A stretch of DNA of 64,000 nt from Lama guanicoe. Taxonomy: Eukaryota. The stretch covers positions 3,212,161 through 3,276,160 of the forward strand of contig MU054323.1 in NCBI GenBank assembly GCA_013239625.1. Direction: 5' to 3'. Positions within the stretch are counted from its first letter, which is position 1, and every line of letters begins with the position of its first letter. Made by a program: the position numbers and the translations under genes. Under the pieces are notes generated by a model. The model ran no database searches and had not been told where the DNA came from. It saw nothing but the letters and a program-made list of their open reading frames with translations. Below, in pieces: positions 41,472 to 64,000 of this stretch.

Positions 41472-43141
41472 AAATCTTCTGTCTCTTCCCACTAAAATAA
41501 GACCAGGGAATTTTTTAAATTACAATTTGCCCATCCCTGCATTTCTTGCACCTGAAACAAAATACATGCTGAAAACTTCCGAGTTGAATTGCGTTAAACT
41601 TTGCTCAAGATTAGGCAGAAGTGAGAACTGGAGCCCAACAGAAAGATTGCACCCTTCCCAACACAGCAAATGTGCTGATGCCAGAGAGAACGTATATTAT
41701 GGTGAGCTCAATTTTGGAAACAAGATCCTCACAGGACTCTCACGTTGACAAGACTCAGAAACAGAACTCTGCAAGTTTTTGCAGCTACATTCCTATTGGT
41801 GAGTAAAAGCTGAGAAAGTGAAGCAAGATGGCCAAAACCAGAACAGAGTGGCATGGACAAATGTAAATGTGGATGAAAACAGCAAGAGAAGGAAACTGAT
41901 TAGATTAAAAGGATAGGCAAACCTCAATAAAATATTTTGAAGGCCAAGAGAAAAGTGACTTTGAAGGTTCGGTAGTTAACAATGAATGATAAAAACCAGA
42001 ACTGAAGTTAGAAACAGTAACAGAACTTCGTGGTTTAGGAGGGCATCGATATCTCCTGAGACATTTTTGTGGGAATACAAAGAGTGTCAAATTTAGGAGT
42101 CAGAATGGTGAAATGTATGAGCTACTCACTTAAGGTGAAGTTGCTACATATTTTTAAAAACAGGGCTAAATATTTCAACAGTTATCTTTCAATGCTCTCT
42201 ACCTTCATTTTAGAATCAAATACACTAAGTAAGCTACGAAAGTTTTTCTCTAGAACTAGCAGAGGGAAGAAAAATGACTTTTATCTGTTCATTTTTAATC
42301 TGTTAAAAAACTGTTTTGGCAGTTTTTGGCATATTTATTAGGATAGTTACCTGTTATGTGACAAGATTTCCCACTACTAGAAAATGACCCCTTAACAATA
42401 AATTTCTCTTCTTCCTTGGGGGAAATGATTGGGATTTAACATATTCTATGACTGTTCTCTTATTTAAAGTCTAAGGTCTGTGTTCTTTTCCAGAAGATAA
42501 ACCTGCTTTGAATGAAGTAGTGATTAGCAGTCATAACGGTCAATCATTTCCACCCCAGGGAGAGGAGCATGCCCAGTTGGGGCTGTCGAGCCTGGCTATG
42601 TAGACTGTGGGCCAAACTCCCAGCACTAAAAGGTGCCCCACCAGGTCAGGGTCCTGATGTGTTCACACTGTGATGTAACTGCACCAGTATCAAAAGGCTA
42701 GTACCAGCTGGGTTAGTATCTTAAATACTGCTTAGCATGATCTTCAACAGAGAACAATAGATTTAAGCCAACAGCAACAATCAAGAAAACCTGATCTTGA
42801 GATTTCCATTACAGTTTTATACAAAGTGAGACCTACCCCAGAGAAGTCATCCCTGATTCTGAAAAATATTCTAAAACCATAAAGGTTTCAGTAAAACACA
42901 CTCTGAAGGTCAACTGATACATTTTACCTTGAATTATTCTTGATGCATTCATTCCCTGACTAAATTATCTCAACATAAAAACATGGCTCACTATACTAAT
43001 CATATAATTTTTCTATCAAACCATCAATGCTAATGTAATTTCTATCCAGGGATTCAAGTACCATTTTTGCCATAACTTTCAATAATATTTCAGTTACTGG
43101 ATTAAAGAAATATTTTCAAATTAAAAGCTGGGCAGTCTGAG

Positions 43142-43147
43142 TTTATT
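43142..43147 (-). terminator. Likely distal LAPTM4A polyadenylation signal (AATAAA); others at 43219-43224 and 43728-43733
   Basis: AATAAA hexamers on the minus strand downstream of the stop codon. Confidence 0.6.
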
Positions 43148-43751
43148 GTAATAGAAAATGTTGTTTCATATACCAAAAAATGGTAATAGATTAAAAAAAC
43201 CAACAAATATTTAAGAGATTTATTAAAGCTTCTTATCACAAAGATGGAAACATACAAATTAGAAACATGCAACCATCCTCTTCCACAGTCAAGTTAAAAT
43301 GTTATATATTTTTCCTGTTTTCATAGCTGAAAACTCCAGATCTTATACTCAGCTCACTCACCCTGAATATTTAATTCATTGTTCCTGAAAGTATCCAGGG
43401 CAGCAAATAACCAAAATGCAAACTATTATATAAAGAAAGTGCAGAGTTAAAAAAGAAAATGTGTAGAGTATCCCCTCCCCACCCCCCAATCAAAGGCAAA
43501 CAGTGGCACTTTGCTCTTGCTTAACCTAGATTGTCTTCAAAAACTATTTAAATGTAATATACTCAACAACAACAACGAACTCTGAATTCTAACAGATGTC
43601 CAAAAAGCTTGTTAGTGTTTAAAAATAAATGCTTAAACAAAGGAAAATGTACTTTATATCAAACAAGTCTGAAGAGCCCTGCATTGCAGCATTCTGAAAA
43701 TAAACAAGACAAAAAGCTGGTGTAGGGTTTATTGACAAAGGCAGAACTTCT

Positions 43752-58899
<15,148 letters not shown>

Positions 58900-59049
58900 T
58901 CACCATCCCCGAGACAAGAGCGGCAAGAAGAGAGGCATTTAATGGGGAAAGGGAGAGACGAGATGGTGGTGGCAGAAAGCGGGCACAAAAGACTATTCTG
59001 AGTGACGTCTGCCACGTACTGCTTCGGAGACGTCAGGCAACCGCAGCTG

Positions 59050-59059
59050 CTCACGTGAC
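59050..59059. promoter_or_regulatory. CLEAR-type E-box (MiT/TFE or USF site)
   Basis: CTCACGTGAC, 9/10 match to GTCACGTGAC, upstream of a lysosomal gene. Confidence 0.65.
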
Positions 59060-59510
59060 CTTTGCGCGTAGCTCGATTATGGGCTGGCAGGGGCGGTGCC
59101 TGTGGGGAGGGGGTGGGGCTAGTCCCGCTCTCGGGCATTCCCAACTGCTGCTGTGGCGGAAACTAGGCGCTCCCTAAAGGGTAAAGAGTTCGGTTTCCAA
59201 TCTCCTTTACTCTGACGTCTCCTTGGTGGAAGCTAAGAACTACCACCCAACCCTGCCAGAAGCAGCTGTAGAAGCAAGAGGACTGAAGAGAGTCAAAGCG
59301 AAATAAAGTGGCAGAACTGCTTAGCTTCTGAGTGTTTACGGATAGAGCGATTTTTTTAATAGGGAAAAATTAAGAAACACATGGAAATGGGCCAAACGAT
59401 TCCCGGGTGTCTGCAGTGAAAAACAAGCATAGTCTGGTACACCTTTCTGGGTATTTTTAATCTACGAGAGCTCTCCATCTTTCTTTGTGGGGTTCTCTGT
59501 GGATAAAGAA

Positions 59511-59700
59511 TGTCAACCTGCCATCTCAGTAAGCAAAGGATGTTGTGGGATCAGCCTCTGCAGCTATTCCCAACTGGGCACCCTTAGGGGAGTCAAGTTG
59601 GAGAAAACAGGTTACTGGCTTTAGATAGTTAAAGTGTATAGCAAACAAATAACTTCAATCTGGTTTTCTTTCATTAACAGTACTCTTGATGTTATGACTA

Positions 59701-59733
<33 letters not shown>

Positions 59734-59853
59734 CGCGCACACACGCAAAACTCCTACACATCCTGGCTCCTCCTCCCAGGCTTAAGTTTTCAGAAAATCT
59801 GAATAAAACACAATTCTCAACTTTCAAGTTGTACGTATTTTTTTCAGTTGACA
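59511..59853. mobile_element. ERV1-like LTR inserted into an older LTR, containing a (TG)n(CG)n microsatellite
   Basis: Inverted termini TGTCAAC...GTTGACA; interrupts the element homologous to 62427-62868. Confidence 0.6.
59701..59747. repeat. (GT)12(GC)7(AC)3 compound alternating purine-pyrimidine tract
   Basis: Read directly from the sequence. Confidence 0.95.
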
Positions 59854-60741
59854 TCTATCCAGCTCTAAATTGTAGATAACTAATAGAAAGAGGAAATATT
59901 CATGTCCATTGAACTTTGTATTGAATACCCCTCCTTGGAAAAAGCCATTTTGCAACTATTTGTAAGTTCATTTCCTATTCCTGATTTCAGCAATGTAAGT
60001 GGGCACTTAACATTGTCCTTTAAACAGGTTCTGACATCTCTGTGTCCCCCTCGTTAATTAATGTGTCAATAAAATCTTTGACATGTCTTCATTCTGTATT
60101 TGTATGAGACTTACAACTTTTTCATTTTTAAGAAAATATAATGGTTTTACTCTTTGGAAAGTACATTTCCTTTTAGGGAACAGAGAGGTCTTCCCCTCTG
60201 CCATTCTTAGCTGAAGACCACACTGAATTCAGTGTAAAGTTTATTGCATTGGCATGGCCTCAATGAACACTGCCTGAAATTATATGTTGATTTGTTGATC
60301 ATTTATCTCCTCCACAAAAATGTAAATTCTGGAAGAGCAGAGACTTTGTTTACTTCTACAACATTGAAGGAGTTGTCCACGGACAATTATCCTAGTTTGA
60401 ATAATACTTCCAAACTATCTGAGAGGCTATAGTTAAGCCAAGCTACACTAAACGGTGGAATGGGATGGTAGCAATTTAGCTCAGAATGAATTATGACATT
60501 TCTCCACTTACCAGAAGTAGACTAATAATACCATCCCCCTGCCACACACATAAAGTTCCATAGCCCTTCCTGTCTTCTATGCACGGAGCCAATGGCCTTG
60601 TTTATTTTGAATCATTTCATCCTTATAGCAGCACTATAAGGAAGATACTTTTATATTATTTAACTCCACAAAGAAGTTAAATTCCATGTCCAAAGTTACA
60701 AATCCAGTATGTGTCAGAACTGAGATTAAAACCTACCACAC

Positions 60742-60900
60742 CAGTTTCCAAACTCTGCAGCACATTAGAATCACCTGAGGATCTTTAGAAACCACTGCTA
60801 CCTGGCTACTACCCCCAGGCATCCTGAATTAATTGTTACGGGTCAGACCTGGGCATTGGAAATAGAAAAAGCTCTCCAGGTGATTCTCATGTGCAGCACT
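60742..60900. mobile_element. MER5A-like hAT element
   Basis: cagtttccaaactctgcagcacattagaatcacctgagg...gctctccaggtgattct. Confidence 0.7.
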
Positions 60901-61761
60901 ATATTATTCTGTCTTGATATAAAATGTGGCAGACAAAAAAAAATACCATGTAATCAAATAAAAACAGTAAGATAGAATAGAAAGATAAGATGGGGGGAAA
61001 GCTATCTGGTTCATCTGTGTAAGCCAAAATCAATCCATATTCCAAATAAATTACATTTAACATAGCATCAGATCAGCTCTTAAGGTCTGCTTTCCCTGTG
61101 CTAGGACTCTGAAATGGACCATGAGATGGTGGCTGAATGTCAATCACTAGAGAGCATACTAACTGTGTATTAAGGGAGAACAATATGATTATGGAAGTTT
61201 TGTCTGGATAATTTTTATCTAACATGCACACCATCTTGGGGGAGAAAATAATTTTAAGATACTATTAGCAAACAGCTTATCCTTTTTGGTGGTGTTATTT
61301 CTAGGGGAAAGTCATGCAGAAACAACCACAATAAAAGAAATTAGGGCAAGTTTGAAGCTCTTCAAATAGCAAAGTTTAACCTACTTTTCTCTTTTAAATA
61401 ATGGCTTCATCTTATTCACCTGACTTTAGCATATTTTTATTGAGGATATACCACGGGATGGGGATATAAGAATGAACAAGATACTGTGTCTCCTCTGTAG
61501 TTTTTTACAGTCTGGAGGGGAAAAGATAGGAAGCCATCATGGTCATTATGGGAGAGATAATATCTGCTATCACAGGGTCACAAGGGTGTTACGGAAGCAT
61601 GGAACAAGAGCATCTAATCTGCAGCATAGGTTTCCCAGGGGAGGGGAGACCTAAGCTGATAGTAGATGGAAACTAGGCTGGGAATGAGAAAGGCTGAGCC
61701 AAGTCAGAGGCAATAGTGTGGAACAAGTGTAGTGGAGAGGGAGGACAGAGTAGGGGATGTT

Positions 61762-62318
61762 TGTGTAGCAGAAATGGTCATGGCCCTGCCAGGGACTACA
61801 TTTCCTAGCATCCCTTCTCCAGCACCTCTTATGTCCAGGTGGCTGTATGAATAGTTATTACCAACTGAATGTGAGCAGGAACAACCTGAGTCAAACTGGG
61901 CCAGGGGTTTTAATAAGAGTGGGGCGGTTCCCCCCACAACGTCTTTACTCTCCTTTTCCCTCATTCTCCGATGTCTGAGTGCAGAGAACTCTGAGGCCCT
62001 GGGGCATGGCAGAGTCCCAAGATGGGACTGCCAAACAGAGGAAAGCCACAGGGTGACACTGGATGGTAACACAAACAGGATTTTTTTTTCCTTGGGGCAG
62101 GGAGGATTCAGTTTGTTTGTTTGTTTGTTTGTTTATTTATTTATAATGGAGGTACTGAGGATTGAACCCAGGACCTTGCGAGTGCTAAGCACTTGCTCTA
62201 CCACTGAGCTATACCCTCCCTACCCAGAAATAAACTTTAATGGCTTAAACCAATACTGTTTTGGGGTTCATTTATTATAGCAGCTAGCATAATCCCAATC
62301 TGAAAGAAATTTAGTACA
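61762..62318 (+). mobile_element. MLT1 MaLR LTR (boundaries approximate), interrupted by a SINE
   Basis: gggactacatttcctagcatccctt...gaatgtgagcaggaa...aaataaacttt...cagctagcataa. Confidence 0.65.
62081..62222 (-). mobile_element. tRNA-Ala-derived SINE (vic-1 type) inserted in an MLT1 LTR
   Basis: Minus strand GGGTATAGCTCAGTGGTAGAGCAAGTGCTTAGCACTCGCAAGGTCCTGGGTTCAATCCTCAGTACCTCCA plus (AAAT)n(AAAC)n tail. Confidence 0.88.
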
Positions 62319-62426
62319 GTTAGAGAAATGAAGGTCAGGGGAGAGTTGGGGAGAGGAATGGGAAGAGAAGAGTAAGAGCTGAGGTGAAACAGGAGAGCCT
62401 GTGCCAGATCAAGAAGACCTGATAAG

Positions 62427-62868
62427 TGCAGGAGAAAGTTGAGAAAGGCTTTGGCATGGACCAAAAAGCCAAATGGGTATGCTGTTTAAGTCACCCTTCT
62501 GGATGATCTGATTCTAGGGTCTTCGTGTCTTTCTTTGCCTTTGGAGTCATTTAAAGCTTATAAATTATAGATAACTGATAGCAAGATATCTCTTGTCTAT
62601 AAACCTGCAGATGAATTGTGATCCACAGAGGCACATACATTTTCCCAGCACCCATGGGAAAAGCCAGTTTTGCATCTATTTGTAAATTATTTCAACATTT
62701 CTGATTGACCTACATAGGTGTGGTACTTTGAATTCTATTTTGAACTGGTTGTAACGAACTACTGGTTCTCTCGTTAAATAAAGGGATAAATAAAATCTTT
62801 GACACATGTTAAGTGTATATTTGTATGAGAGTCATGATTTTATTTTTCTAAAGTAATATGCCTTAACA
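62427..62868 (+). mobile_element. Old ERV1-class solo LTR, copy 2 (possibly LTR37-like), inserted in L2
   Basis: TG...CA termini, 4-bp TSD taag on both sides, AATAAA near the 3' end. Confidence 0.65.
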
Positions 62869-63186
62869 TAAGCTATTTTGGACTTCATGTGAAGTATGAG
62901 AGACCATTGAAGGGTTTTAAGCAAGGGAGTTGCATTATCAGATTTGCACTTTGGAAAGATTATTCTGGATGTAGTATGGGGAATGGATTAAAGTGGGCAT
63001 ATTGGAGAGAGGAGTCTGTCAAAGAAATATATGTGTGACTGATAGTGGCATAAACTAAGTAAGATGGTGGCAGTAGAATGGAGAGGTATAGATATGAGAT
63101 ATTTTTATTCAGGAGGTGTAATTGACAGAGTTGGTGACAGAAGGGATGAGAGTGGGGAACAGAGAAAGAAGTCAAGAATGGCTTCT

Positions 63187-63737
63187 GCACTATTTACAAT
63201 AGCCAAGACATGGAAACAACCTAAATGTCCATTTACAGATGACTAGATAAAGAAGTTGTGGTATATTTATACAATGGAATACTACTCAGCCATAAAAAAT
63301 AAAATAATGCCATTTGCAACAACATGGATAAAACTGGATAATGTTATTCTAAGTGAAGTAAGCCAGAAAGAGAAAGAAAAATACCACATGATATCACTTA
63401 CATGTGAAACTTTAAAAAAAATGAACTTACACAACAGAAATAGACTCACAGACATAGAAAACAAATTTATAGTTACAGGGTCGGGGGAAGGGCAGGGGAA
63501 GGGATAAATTGGGAGTTCGAGATTTGCAGATACTAATACATATAAAATAAACAACAAGTTTATACTGTATAGCACAGGGAACCATATTCAATATCTTGTA
63601 GTAAGTAATTTATTGTGAAAAAGAATATGAAAACAAATATATGTATGTTCCTATATGACTGAAGTATTGTGCTGTACACCAGAAATTGACACATCATTGT
63701 AAACTGACTATATGTCAATAAAAATATATTTTAAAAA
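63187..63737 (+). mobile_element. 5'-truncated LINE-1 inserted in an old L2
   Basis: [15 protein letters not shown] and [13 protein letters not shown] motifs, 3'UTR, A-tail; imperfect TSD aagaatgg..ttctg. Confidence 0.92.
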
Positions 63738-64000
63738 AAGAATGGAGTTCTGGCTTAAGCAACTGATTAGATGGATATTATCTTAGGTCTGGAAGTGGAA
63801 GAGGAGTAAGTAGAGAATGAACATGTTAAATTTGTTATAGTTAAAGACTCTCCAAGAGACTTGTCTACTTAGCAACAGAATAAGAGGGCTTGAAGCTCAA
63901 GAGTGAGATCTGAGTTGATGATATTTATAGGGGAGTCATCTTGCAAATAAAAGACAATTGGGAGAAGGTTAAATGAGAAAAGAAAAGAAAAGAGCCCGAC

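Larger units (their letters stand above)
59358..60150 (+). mobile_element. Old ERV1-class LTR, copy 1 (interrupted by 59511-59853)
   Basis: Colinear diverged homology to 62427-62868 (aaattgtagataactaatag vs aaattatagataactgatag; aataaaatctttgaca; tatttgtatgaga). Confidence 0.6.

Noticed and set aside
62147..62219. Apparent tRNA-Ala(AGC) gene
   Set aside because: Mismatched stems, (AAAT)n(AAAC)n tail, insertion inside an LTR and four sibling copies mark it as a SINE
59358..62868. Possible full provirus bounded by two LTRs
   Set aside because: Second LTR has its own TSD, and the intervening DNA is MER5A/MIR/L2/MLT1 with no gag or pol remnants

Overview
Mammalian genomic DNA, almost certainly camelid (alpaca/llama/camel), judged from five tRNA-Ala(AGC)-derived vic-1-type SINEs and the absence of recognisable Alu or Bov-A/BovB elements. 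It is the region orthologous to human 2p24.1. Three spliced protein-coding genes lie head-to-tail on the minus strand, each with a CpG-island promoter: complete LAPTM4A (7 exons, 233 aa, 43752-58488), complete MATN3 (8 exons, 482 aa, 14094-30730) and the first 6 coding exons of WDR35/IFT121 (44-10835, continuing off the left edge). I placed all exon boundaries by hand and they give continuous reading frames. The most distinctive features are a minor-spliceosome (U12) AT-AC last intron in MATN3, an RFX X-box at the WDR35 promoter, CLEAR and CRE-like motifs at the LAPTM4A promoter, a possible CUG-initiated N-terminal extension of LAPTM4A, a young 5'-truncated L1 with a perfect 16-bp TSD, and nested transposon stacks. 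A 60-N assembly gap lies in the MATN3 3'UTR. I found no convincing previously undescribed biological system: the best observations are known biology confirmed here or testable hypotheses. Repeat family names and human comparisons are from memory and need Dfam/BLAST confirmation.
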